Below are positions 12,032-24,252 of a DNA stretch of 64,000 bases, in pieces. Below the pieces are notes generated by a model. It was not told where the DNA came from. It was given only the letters and a program-made list of their open reading frames with translations, and did not search any database. The position numbers and the translations under genes are program-made. Origin of the DNA: Lingula anatina (taxonomy: Eukaryota > Animalia > Brachiopoda); the NCBI GenBank assembly GCA_051362555.1, contig CM120648.1, positions 16,364,587 to 16,428,586 on the forward strand. Direction: 5' to 3'. The first letter of the stretch is position 1. The number at the start of each line of letters is the position of its first letter.

Positions 12032-12629
12032 ACAGCGCATGCCTCAGGTAGTAAGTTGGGCAAACCTAGGAACTGTATCTCTTTGGCCAAATACATCCTA
12101 TCGTTCGAAGCATAACGCATTAAGCATTACATTACGGCTTTTCGTTGGGCCCTTGCTGAGGAGGGTTGGGTGTTTAATGGTTGCGTGCGCCCCTTTAGCA
12201 AACTTCTAGTCTTTTTACAAACTGTTGCTTTAAATTTGATAGCAATTGTTAAGAAGGGATGGTATCATGCAAATAAGGAACTGGTTTATATTTGAAAGGA
12301 TAGAAAGCCATCTTTCCACAAACTTTAGATGCTCTTGCAAATTAAAAGCAAATTTGCAAATTTTTTTTTTTACAAAAACCCATAAACGGTTTCTTGCAAA
12401 CTGATTAATTTGCAGAAAATTAATTTCAAATTGTTTTAATCTTTTCAGTTTCCTTAGGTGGGTGGCCATCGTTCACATGTTTAAGAATTGCTGTTTCAAT
12501 TCTATACGAACTGACGTACCTTGATCTCACTATATGGATTATGTACGTCTCATAGCAAACTTTTATGTTTATTAGTTGCCGTTTATGTTATAGCTTAATA
12601 CCACTCATGACTTTATTACCGGACATTGT

Positions 12630-13415
12630 ATAACATTGTATGACCAACTTTTAATCACATAGTATTACATCTTATAACCAACTTGTTATTGTATAATATT
12701 ACATCTTACGACCAACTTGTTATTTGTATTGTATCTTGTGACCACTTTCTTATCGTATTGTATTATGTCTTGTGACTGCTTTGTTATTATATAACATTAT
12801 TTCTTGTGACCACTTTGTTATCGTATAATATTATATCTTATGACCACTTTGTTATCTTATAATGTTAGATCTTGTGACCACTGCTGTCGTATGATATTAT
12901 TTCTTGTGACCACTTTGTTATCGTATAATATTATATCTTGTGACCACTTTGTTATCTTATAATGTTAGATCTTATGACCAATGCTGTCGTGTGATATTAT
13001 ATCTTGTGACCACTTTGTTATCGTATAATATTATATCTTGTGACCACTTTGTTATCTTATAATGTTAGATCTTATGACCAATGCTGTCGTATGATATTAT
13101 TTCTTGTGACCACTTTGTTATCTTATAATGTTAGATCTTATGACCAATGCTGTCGTGTGATATTATATCTTGTGACCACTTTGTTATCGTATAATATTAT
13201 ATCTTGTGACCACTTTGTTATCTTATAATGTTAGATCTTATGACCAATGCTGTCGTATGATATTATATCTTGTGACCACTTTGTTATCTTATAATGTAAG
13301 ATCTTATGACCAATGCTGTCGTATGATATTATATCTTGTGACCACTTTGGTATCGTATAATGTTATATCTTATGACCACTTCGTTATCGTATAAAATTAT
13401 ATCTTATGACCAACT
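12630..13415. repeat. Minisatellite of 32-34 bp monomers with 100-bp higher-order structure
   Basis: Monomer ATCTTGTGACCACTTTGTTATCGTATAATATTAT; a 34+34+32 bp trimer recurs at 12801, 12901 and 13001. Confidence 0.9.
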
Positions 13416-13739
13416 TGACTTGACATTTAATATGGTATTTTTCATTTTCAAAGGTATGCCTGGGTAAAAATTCTTTCTTTTTCATAAACTCAAATTTCAT
13501 ATAAGGTACGTGAATGGAGAAGTGTGTAGTCAGGTGTATGGCTACCAATTAACTGACTACCATATCTGCTGCATTGTTTAATATGCAGTGATTTAATAGG
13601 GTAGTGCTCCTTTTGGGCTGGTCAGAGCTTGGCTATAGAGAAGCATGGTTCTGTCAAAAAGTATCCATATGTCGGCAATTATTGCAATTAAATTCTTTCC
13701 ATGCAAGCGGTTGGTTTCGCATGAAAAATGAGTGAAGCA

Positions 13740-14709
13740 GTGTTTTACAAAATTGTTAATCTGTGCCAGAATGGCGCAAAAAAGACAGACATTACCAGAC
13801 AGATCATTGTGTCACACGGAACGGTCCGCACAGTTGAATAGATTTTTGTCCAGACTGATGTATCTACACAGAACTCACACCCAATGTATCGAAATCTTGC
13901 CACCAGGATACAGGACTCACTGTCCTTCCGGACATGCTGCTGCAATTTAACCAAAAAAAAAAAAAAAAAAAAAAAAAACATTCAGTCTGTTTAGAATGAG
14001 GGGTAAAATGCCACCAGAACGCATTTTCAAGGCCCATAGCGAACACCCATCTGGTTTTAGCAGGTTAAAATACCAGACAACAACTGAGGAAGCCACTGTA
14101 AACAGTAAAGCATCGTCATCTGTTTCTCTAATGAACTGGGGACATGACCATTCCTGGGTAAAATACTGGAACCGCGTGGCTTTCTTTATTGATGACGAGA
14201 GTAAGGGCATCCTGAAGAGGATACGACGAAGTAAAATAATTAGATACACTGACATCGTCAGTATTTGAAGTGGATACCACATAGTTGTCAAAACACTTAT
14301 GGTAGACATCGATCAAAACCAGAACCAGATCAAATAGGAATAATCTGGGAACCACTTGACTATCATTTGATAGAGGTAACTATAGGACAATTTTAGATTG
14401 CACGGTGAGATTGCCGGCTCTCACAGAGCACTTTTAATAGCAAATAACTTACAGAACCAAGGGAATGCACAGCTCCTTTGGTCATCAAATCGCCATATTT
14501 GAACCACATAGACATTATGTGGGTAGGTCATTACTCACCGAATCAACGGCCTACATTTCCTACAACAAAACTGCACCAAATTGGACAAATGTTGACCGCT
14601 GCCTGGAATGTTACACCAGATTAAAATAAAAAAACCTATCCCATGGATTACCTTTAGCAGCAAGATGAGTTCAGGCGTAACAGCGACCGTTGCTGTGACT
14701 AGACACTGA
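13740..14709 (+). mobile_element. Decayed Tc1/mariner transposase
   Basis: Fragments occur in Tc1 order: HTH-like LCQNGAKKTDITRQIIVSHGTVRTV, LRKPL*TVKHRH, WNRVAFFIDDESK (cf. W..V.FSDESK), SPYLNHIDIMW (cf. SPDLNPIE..W) and terminal TRH*. Many stops and frameshifts. Confidence 0.75.
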
Positions 14710-15206
14710 TATGAGGGTCCTTTGAGGGGCGCGTAACTCTTTTACAGATGATAATTTGGAATATATGGAGATCCAAAATGCCCCTTTTAATGGTTGTCGT
14801 GTGACTTAGAATAGGCAATGCATTTTTGTTTGCTTCGCTGGCGAATTCATTTAATGAACTGATGTCTCAATGACATCAAAGGGATTATTTAAAGTTATGA
14901 AAACGCGATTTTAATCCATATTTTCATTTACCAGTCAGCCCCCCCCCCCAAAAAAAAAAAAAAAAAAGAAAAAAACTGATGAAAAATGATTTGGAAAATA
15001 TTCCATATTAAATGTCAAGTCTGTGTAATATCTTATGATTAACTTGATATCATATTGTTTTACATCTTATAACCACCTTGTTATCGTATTGTATTCATTA
15101 CTGTTTTGCATTTTATGTGATAGGGACCACGGTATCAAAAGAAATTGTAACATATTTAATTGTTCAAACATGGTGTGATCTTAAATCAATCTGTGGAAGA
15201 ATATGA

Positions 15207-15441
15207 ACTTTAGATAATATTTCACACCTAGGATAAGCTTTAGATAATATTTCACACCTAGGATAAGCTTAAGATAATATTTCACACCTAGGATAAGCTT
15301 TAGATAATATTTCACACCTAGGATAAGTTTTAGATAATATTTTACACCTAGGATAAGCTTAAGATAATATTTCACACCTAGGATAAGCTTTAGAAAACAT
15401 TTTACAACTAGGATAAGCTTAAGATGGTATTTCACACCTAG
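15207..15441. repeat. 30-bp tandem repeat, ~8 copies
   Basis: Unit TTAGATAATATTTCACACCTAGGATAAGCT. Confidence 0.95.
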
Positions 15442-15894
15442 CAGTTCAAATTTTAATGACCTTTGTTTCAAGCTAGTAATCTGTTAGAGCTTGATTACAT
15501 GAACTTCATGTAATCAATCTGTTATAGCTTGATTACATGAAGTTACTGGGAGTGCCCAGTCCCATGAGGGGTGGACTTGTGTTTGAATTAACCAATCGTT
15601 TCATGGCTTATTTAATTGACAATTTAATTGATAAAGTTAAGCATAAATATTTTGAACTAAATCTTAAGGGGAGATTGGATTGGGGCTGGGAAGGAATCTT
15701 TATTGCACTATGTAACTTTTAGTTGAGTAAAATATATGTTCTGTTGAAGTAACAACATGGAGTCATTTCATTCTTTTTCGCGTGCACAGTTGAAGACAAA
15801 ACCTTGGAATCTCGGTAGCAGTTTTAAAGATTGCGCTATCCAATGATAGGAGCCTAAAGTGCCCAACCCCTTCGGGGGTGGGGGGGTCATTTTA

Positions 15895-16120
15895 GGGGCC
15901 ATTCCCACAGATATTTGGATCGATCTATCTCCCTGCTGAGTCTCACTAAATCGCTGTCAACTTAACCGGCTTAAATGTCTGCCACGCCTAATAAAGCTGT
16001 TAGGGGGTAATTATCTTTCCCCCCCCCCCCCCCCCCCCCGGCTAGCTGATTCGGTAGGCGTGGTAGATATTTAAGCCGGTTAGTTGACAGCAATTTAGTG
16101 AGACACCCCAGGGAGTTAGA
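15895..16120 (-). mobile_element. MITE family B copy, truncated into (TA)n
   Basis: TTA|GGGGCCATTCCCACAGATATTTGGATCGATCTATC..., with internal sequence reverse-complementary to 6318-6542. Confidence 0.75.
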
Positions 16121-17113
16121 TATATATATATATATATATAATATCTTAATTCAGTGCTTCAGGTTTTTGTTTATGAAGCGCTGCTGGAAAAGATCGTCTT
16201 TTAGTGGCTAAAGAAAACAGCAACTATCCTGTCGGTCTTTTTAGTCACCCCTATCCAGCAACAAGATGGGGTATATTATCTTAACAAAACATAACTTTGG
16301 TGCCCTAGCCATTTAATCAACATAAATGCTAAACATTACACCTGAGCTACCACAGGAAACAAGACGCCATAAGAGTCATACATTCCTTACTGTCGTAAAA
16401 ATGCGCTATGGGCAAAGTTGTACAACTTGACATAATGTTGAACACACTAGCTTCATTCACTGAAAACCTTTAACACGTGTTAATGTTTTGATAATAACAT
16501 TCATCATAAACTTTATTGCGAGCGGTCATGATATTGTCATCAATCTCGTCTTTTAGTTGAGGCTCGCTTCCTGTTGCAGTAATCTACGTACGCACCAACA
16601 CTTTGATGAATTTTAATTTAGCTGATACACGTGGATGGCATCGCTATTAATAATATAAATACTAGTGTATGCCCTTTCTTCACAGAGAGTCAACATTTTA
16701 GGTTTTTTTCCCCTAATTTACAACCTAAGCGGCAATCAATTTCAAGGCAACCAAGTACAATAACACAATACACAACAATAGATGCAACGGACTATATCAG
16801 ATTATTTCCTGTAAAATTAAATGATAAATACGTCGTTTTTCTGTACTTCTTTCTTGTTCTTTTATTTGCATTTTTTCACCCACCTCATATTTATTTTTTC
16901 GAAGTGGCGAATCGCGTGACCACTCTGTCGTTATAGAACTGTTTTTCTGATGTTTCTTTTCCTGTCAAGGAACCCAAAGGCAACAGCACGAAGAACTGAA
17001 ATAGGTAAAACAGATTGTATCAGATTATTTTCGATGTTCTCGGACTATTTTCTGATTTTTTCTTAAACACAGGCATGATTCATGTCGAGTTCGTAAATTA
17101 TCTAGACATTAAG

Positions 17114-17192
17114 AGGGCATTTCCAGAGATTTAGATCGATCTTACTAGATCCTAAGACTGATGGATCGATCTAAATCTGTGGGAATGCAGTC
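17114..17192. mobile_element. Minimal (TIR-only) family B MITE
   Basis: GCATTTCCAGAGATTTAGATCGATC...GATCGATCTAAATCTGTGGGAATGC, flanked by TAA on both sides. Confidence 0.7.
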
Positions 17193-19523
17193 TAAGATGC
17201 GATGTTCATTTAGTCATAAAATACATGTACGTGACACTTGAACAGACGCAGATTGAACTCATTTTAATGGGCTAAAGTTCAAGCGTTGCACTGGCTATCC
17301 AAAGGAATATGAGGCTGAAAATTGACCCAAACTTTAAGATCAATATTATAGCCCACAAAACAGTGCCTATGTTAATTAGCAGACAGGCATACAGTAACAG
17401 TGCCGGCTGAAATTCCCCTTACCAAATGGCCGCATGGTTTCCCTGCCCTGCCCCATATGGTCGAACAATAGAGGCCGCTTGATAATTACAGTTTAGAGGA
17501 ATCGGCAAGTAATCCTTATCGGACACCCAAATTAGTCGGTTCAACGAACACGCTCTGCTCCTTCTTAATTGCCTCACTTAAGTTTTCTATTATAGCTGAT
17601 GCAAAGAGCTTGCTATCGACACGAGCAAACAATACCGGGTTATGTTGTATCAACTGCAACAGAAGACTAGAGTAAAGGCAGATCGAATATGAGAACAAAA
17701 CTCTAAAGAACAAATCAGGCTTAGTTTTAAAACACGTATTACAATTTTATTTGACGTTCACTTGATGATAATAAGTCACGATCAACACAAGCGTGGTTAA
17801 AATGGATAATTTTAAATAGCTAATACATCAAATAAATAGCAATGTCTCATTATCTTTATTATATGTGTTGCTAGTTTAGTAGCCTGATGCACGACCTTCT
17901 CTCTCAATTACCGCTGGAATCACCTTCTTTAGGTGATTAATATATTTATTACACTTATTGCGTTAATATTTTCCCATGTCTCTCTAACGCAGAGTCATAT
18001 TGGAATTGTGAAGATTTGGAAAATTTGAGTGTCGATTTATACTGTTCACTTGGCAGGTGACACGATGGCACAGAAATCAGTGACATAAACATGTCATATC
18101 AGGGGCGTAACCAGACCTTTTAAAATTGTACGCACAGAATTTCAAAATTCCCAGGTATAGCTAAATGTAGATCGACTTACGCAAAAGATAAAGGGCAGTT
18201 TAAATTATATGTGCCAAATATAATAGCTTAGTTTTCACCGTTTATAAAATCATTACTTAAAGTTTAAAAAATTCCCACAGTATAATTAAGTTCCAGTAAA
18301 TTATTTCACCCAGAACCAACACTTTTTCCGGGATTGGGGTACAGGCCATCCATAATTGCCATCTGTATCTTACTTCAAAATTTCAGGGCCTCAAACTTTT
18401 CCAAAAGCCGTGAGCGGGGGTGGGGTGGGGTAAAAATTAATGGAATCTTTTTTTAATAATAAATTTCATTAGGAAAGAGGGTTAAAAATAATTGATACCG
18501 ATCTCCCGTCACGCTCTTCCACGAAAGAACGCCCTTGTATGAATATAAAAATTGCCTTCTCGTCTCGCTCGGATCGCGAACGATCTCTGGCTGACGATCT
18601 TCTGCGAACGAAGTCCATTGAACGAATGTGAAAATTGCTTTCTCTTTTCGCTCAGATCACGCTCTATCTCCCGCTGAAGATACGAAAATTGGCTTGTCGT
18701 CTCGCTGCGGTCGGTAACTATCTCTTGTTCCCGATCCTCGGTTAACGAAGTCTCTTGAACAAATATGAAAATTGCCTTCTCGTCTCTTTCGGATTGCGAA
18801 CAATCTCTCGCCGAAGATATAAAAATTGCCTTTCTTATGTATTAGCTTTGTCAGGTGCCATACGTATAAAGATCCGAAAGGTGTCCCCTTTCATAATTTG
18901 GCGGCAAGTTAGGTCATATTTCATTTAGGGCCTACACGTGTTTTGTACCGAATGTAGATCATTCTTGTCACTTCTGCATTATGTATTTTAAAGTTAGTGG
19001 AAACATTTTATTGTGTTTTGTAAACTTTAGGTAGTAGTTACGTCGTGACTGAAAAACAGCGTGCACTACAAAGTAGTATAATATCCATACGTCAAATTAC
19101 TGCTATGGATTTTCATACGACGTCCACGGCTGCCCCGACAAGTCAAGACTTTTTTAATCGTAAGCCGGCCGTGATGACAGCGGCCGTCCAATTGGCAGCT
19201 GGAGGGCTCGCTGAAAAAAGCCTTGCTTAGAATGGTATATTTATTGAACTAGGGGCTTACTGATACAAACGTTGGGAACATATGCAAATGATGCCCGCTT
19301 GTATCAAGCTAAATTCTAAATAACGGTGAGGCACTTTTGTTCGATGTGGTTTGTTGCGGTTATCCCGAGCTGTCAGAAAATAATCTTAAGAACAGTTGAT
19401 CGTTGTAGGATTCTTACACCTTCTTGCTATCCTATTCGTCATATCCATGGTCAGCTTAATGATGAATCTTCTAAAAGTTGAACTTATATATGGTATCATC
19501 CAAAATCAACCAATTATATTACA

Positions 19524-20249
19524 CAGGCCCGTAGCCAGCAATTTCAAAAGGGGGGTTCTTTTTCTGAAAAAGTGGACCTTTTCCCATAAAAACTTTATGT
19601 ACTTAGAGCGCATTCTCAACGAATTAAGCCAGGCTTTACAAAGCCGGTGACCTAAATATGGCGGACGTACATGAAAGAAAAACCGCCTTATCTTTTAATA
19701 GTCTCTCCGCCTCCCCACACGTCGTCCCTGCGGGGTACAGTAATTAAATCTCGGCTCCGTTCGCCATGCGGAAGCTACCTGAGAAATATTAAGTGCGCAT
19801 GCTCATCAGTTAAACTCGTGGTGAAGAAGGCATAGCGGCTGAAGGCGATCGAAAAAAAAGCTCTTCTGTTCTATTATCTTTGAAAACAGAGACGAAAAAG
19901 GAATAATTTGGCCCATAGAGCAGCAATGAATCGACTATCTAAGGAGATAATATCACCAGAGATATTCACGGAAATATTAATGTTCGGAGCCGAGATTTAA
20001 TTACTGTACCCCGCAGGGACGACGTGTGGGGAGGCGTGTGAGAGGCGGAGAGACTATTAAAAGATTAGGCGGTTTTTCTTTCATGTACGTCCGCCATTTT
20101 TAGGTCACCGGCTTTGTAAAGCCTGGCTTAATTCGTTGAGAATGCGCTCTTAGATCAAATCTTACCCAGAGTGGACCTTTTCTCAGCAAAAGGGGCGGTT
20201 CTTTCTAACCCCCCGAACCCCCCCCCCATCCCCCCCGGCTACGGGCCTG
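19524..20249 (+). mobile_element. MITE family C (CAGGCCCGTAGCC TIR, 5-bp TSD), interrupted
   Basis: TTACA|CAGGCCCGTAGCC...GGCTACGGGCCTG|TTACA; uninterrupted copy at 50579-50753. Confidence 0.9.
19606..20149. mobile_element. Young PIF/Harbinger-like MITE with ~155-bp near-perfect TIRs
   Basis: TTA|GAGCGCATTCTCAACGAATTAAGCC...GGCTTAATTCGTTGAGAATGCGCTC|TTA. Confidence 0.9.
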
Positions 20250-21334
20250 TTACAGGATAAAGCTCTGTTTGTTTGTGAACATTGCCCATATCACCCTGTT
20301 AGTTTAGAGGGTTAAGCTGGGTCAAGTCCGTGTCAAAATTCTTAAGAGCTTTGCAGGAAATATTTTTTTCCTCTGGCTCCTTATAAAGCCCGTTGTCCAG
20401 ATTTTATCTAGTGTCCCCAGGTCTGCTGGAGCTGCTCTTTGAAAATAACACAGGTAGATTTTTATCTGAGATAAATATCGCCAGCGAGTGTGCATTCGAC
20501 ACACTTAAGACAAAGGCTACCTGAGAGTTGAAGGGCATTCAAACCTCCAATTAAGAGGAAAAGGAAGTTCCAGCTAGATGGACTATTAAGATAGGACTTC
20601 TGGAGGTAGTTAGTATTGTTTATTTACCTCATTTCTGTGAAAGCAAACGAGACGGGGGGCGTCAGAACAATGGTGCGTATACGATTCATACAGAAGATTT
20701 GTACGTTCAGGTGACTCTAACTTGCAATCGAAGAGGATTTTCGATTATTTTTCGTGAAAAATACACTAAATTTATAGAGAATAATATCATGCTTGGCTCA
20801 AAAAATTGTACGCACAGTGCATCCGTGCGTATGCCTAGTTACGCCCATGCATATTATACAAAATACTTACCGGGCATTTAGGAAGTCCAAATACACAAAC
20901 AATCCTGTTGACACGTGTCAGTTGATTGATTTAAAATTAGGTAAAATTGATTAGTTTGGATTGAAGAGCGTCATCGCAATGTTAACATTAATTTCAGACG
21001 ACGCGTGTCACACAGTATTGATTATGTAATAGTAAGAGCTTAATCACTGTGTTTACCCGGCATGAATAAAGCTAACCTGAATTGATTGTTAATTAATGTG
21101 AGATGACACGTGCCAAACAGTGAAGTAAGCCCGAGATATTGTTATCCAGCTTTACAAATTAATTTTATTTGATGCTTTTAAGTATGAAGAAGGCTTTTGG
21201 TTAAGTTTGTAGTTTAGATCGCTTCCATCACTTAACTCTTCGACACCTGAAGTTTCAGTCACTGTGAAAATGATTCATCTCGAAACGAATGAGACCACGA
21301 TTTAAGTCTTTTAAATTCATCGTTCAGGACTAAT

Positions 21335-21377
<43 letters not shown>

Positions 21378-22608
21378 TTTATTCTGTATACGTAGGCGTT
21401 TTATCGCATCCTTTTTTTAATGGCACAAGTGAAGTAATAAACGCTGTGTTGAACATAGCAAAAAGGCAAGTAATTGAATTTTAACTCTTTTGTTTTCCGC
21501 TAATGCTACGTGATCATATGTTAAGTCAGTATAGTCATTTGCATTGTACATGCACATACCGTCTTTGGTGGGGGGGGGGGTGTAATTGTAAATTAAGTAT
21601 TAAAAAACTTGAGATAAAACAGTTAGAAAAATCACTAAATGTACAGAGGGGTGACAAAAGTATTCCGCCACTTGGCAATAAGGTGGACAACAGCTGGCTT
21701 TGTTAGGTATTTCAATTAGTATTTTATTCAAAACTGGTTAAGTCAGGTTAGTATCTTTACAACAGGATTGTACACCAGCAATTTGCCATTAGATAACGCA
21801 GGGTACTATGTCAGTATTTTCGTAGGATATCAGCTTCTGGGGGCTATGTTGGCCCAGGCTGCAAGGAAACCATGGGTTACAGGATTCTGGTGAGGGTCGA
21901 TTCTTTGTCATTTAATTTCTCTTCCAAATGGATTTTAATGAGGTTTGCGTCTGCTGACTGGACAGACCAACCCTGTTGATGCCTTGCTGGTAAAGTCACT
22001 ATTGTAAAGCTCTGTTCTTGTGGTGTGCAGTGTTATAATCATGGACAATGGATGATGGTGATGATGATGATAAGGACTCCTGCGCCTGTTCCTGGATCTG
22101 TTAGTTCTCGGATCAACTCCGTTGTAAATACTATCTTTTGTTGTGAATGCGGCCACCTAGTAGTAATTACAAGTCCGAATCAAATAAGTGTTTAAAATAA
22201 TGTGCTCCTGTCCTTAGGCACCGTTTGCTCAAAGTAGGGATTGCGTGACTTCAAAAAAATTGCGTGACGGTATGGGATACGACAAGAGAATACTGAATGC
22301 AAAGCATTATCGTATCCAGAAGAGAAGGGGGCAGTGGGCACGTGCTTCTCTCTTAGCTTCCGAGACACCTTTTCTCCACCCTCCCACCCCCCTAAATTAA
22401 AAAATAATGAAAAATAAATAAATAAAACAGTATAACAAGAAAAAAGTCAAAATCGAGCAAATCACCCACCCCTATTTCAGAGCGAAATTACAACCATGCA
22501 CCGCTTTATATTTGCTTTGCTTTGCTCCATCATGACTGTGTCATCTTTGAAACTCCCGACAAGTGCACGTCAGCGCTTGGTGAACAACGGTGAAAATGGT
22601 CGACTAGA

Positions 22609-22757
22609 ATGTGTAATGTTGCAACATAGATAGCTGAGTTTAGCTTGTGGTAAACGAGTTCACAATAAATAATATTTTATTGCATAACTCCAAAAGAAAA
22701 GTTCAATTGGATAAAATGATAATAATTAAAAACTAATTCAATATCTCTCCCTCTTAC

Positions 22758-22799
<42 letters not shown>

Positions 22800-23004
22800 T
22801 ATACAATTTTTTTAAGTGTTATATTCGTACTCTGCTTAGTTCTGTAAATAGTGTTGTTCCTATACCCATTGCACTGTATATATATATATATATATATATA
22901 TACAGTGCAATGGGTATAGGAACAACACTATTTACAGAACTAAGCAGAGTACGAATATAACACTTAAAAAAATTGTATATAGTGTGTGTGTGTGTTGCAA
23001 CATT

Positions 23005-23096
<92 letters not shown>

Positions 23097-23199
23097 TGCA
23101 ATGGGTATAGGAACAACACTATTTACAGAACTAAGCAGAGTACGAATATTGTGAACTCGTTTACCACAAGCTAAACTCAGCTATCTATGTTGCAACATT

Positions 23200-23287
<88 letters not shown>

Positions 23288-23359
23288 TGCAATGGGTATA
23301 GGAACAACACTATTTACAGAACTAAGCAGAGTACGAATATAACACTTAAAAAAATTGTA
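22609..23359. repeat. Complex palindrome and duplication cluster around (TA)n tracts
   Basis: Perfect palindrome 22784-22995; further direct copies of the arm at 23092 and 23283; inverted copy of 22609-22667 at 23147-23205. Confidence 0.9.
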
Positions 23360-24252
23360 AAATACATGTTTCTACTGGAGATAATGTAAAGGGAATTTCT
23401 TGAGTGTGTGACAGAGAAGTAATCCACGATAGTATACTGAAAATGAGGTTATACACTTAAGGACATGGTGCTACTAGAGACAGTATATAAAAGTAGCACG
23501 TAACTTCACAGTAAATAGGGTTATATCTTCTCTCAGCACAAACATGAACCCTTACTCATTTGGGACGCATCAGTGCTCATCGGACACTTAATCAGTCCAA
23601 CGCGCGCCTTCAGGTGATGGCGCTAGCAATAGCGTCGGATAACGGCAGGAGTAAGGTCACCCTCTCTCCCAGCCCCCCCCCCCCCCCCCCCCCCCCCCCC
23701 GCCCCGCTCCAACCTCCCCCCCTCCCACCGTGCCGTTGTTTTCTGTCTCTTTTTGATCCAGATCGCATAATTTATACCTCTGAGTCCTCAGTAACTTTCC
23801 TTCTCTCACAATTTGTAACAGTTCATATTGCAGCATTCCATCTGTAATCGTAATAGAACCATTGCTTTATTTGGCGGTGATGAACTTAAACTTGTTTCAC
23901 GACGTTTGGTCAGGTCCAGAACAAACGCAGACACCTGGACTTGGCTTAATTTTTATTTCTTCCCCACCCACACAGACACGTGTGAGCGCGCGCACACACA
24001 CACGCATACAGACACTTCTCCTGGGTCAGCCAGTGCTGAAATTACTTTCAAACGAGGACCCAGCCTGGCCCCCCTCCAGCGTTTTCACCCTTGGGTCAGC
24101 GCAGTGGATGGTGGGAACCAAAGGCGGATGCTTGGCATTTGACCTGAACGCGGCGAAAGGTGTGCCATAAAAGTCAGAGACGTTTTCATTGGCGGCAATT
24201 GCAGCGTTACCCAAAAGGAGAGACCAGTGCTGCTCAGATAGTCCTTCTCGCC

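Larger units (their letters stand above)
18100..20849. mobile_element. Non-autonomous hAT-like element with 5-bp TSD; outer element of a nest
   Basis: CATAT|CAGGGGCGTAACCAG...CTAGTTACGCCCATG|CATAT, with AAAATTGTACGCACAG near both ends and internal degenerate repeats (GAAAATTGCCTTCTCGTCTCGCTCGGAT) at 18540-18830. Confidence 0.75.

Noticed and set aside
12630-15441. CRISPR-like arrays, and the repetitive ORFs at 13040, 13206 and 15181
   Set aside because: Units are contiguous with no unique spacers, there are no cas genes and the context is eukaryotic; the ORFs are by-products of the tandem repeats.
22819-23847. Low-complexity ORFs (YIYI, poly-Pro) here, and poly-I/N/L/F ORFs elsewhere
   Set aside because: They are translations of microsatellites and homopolymers.
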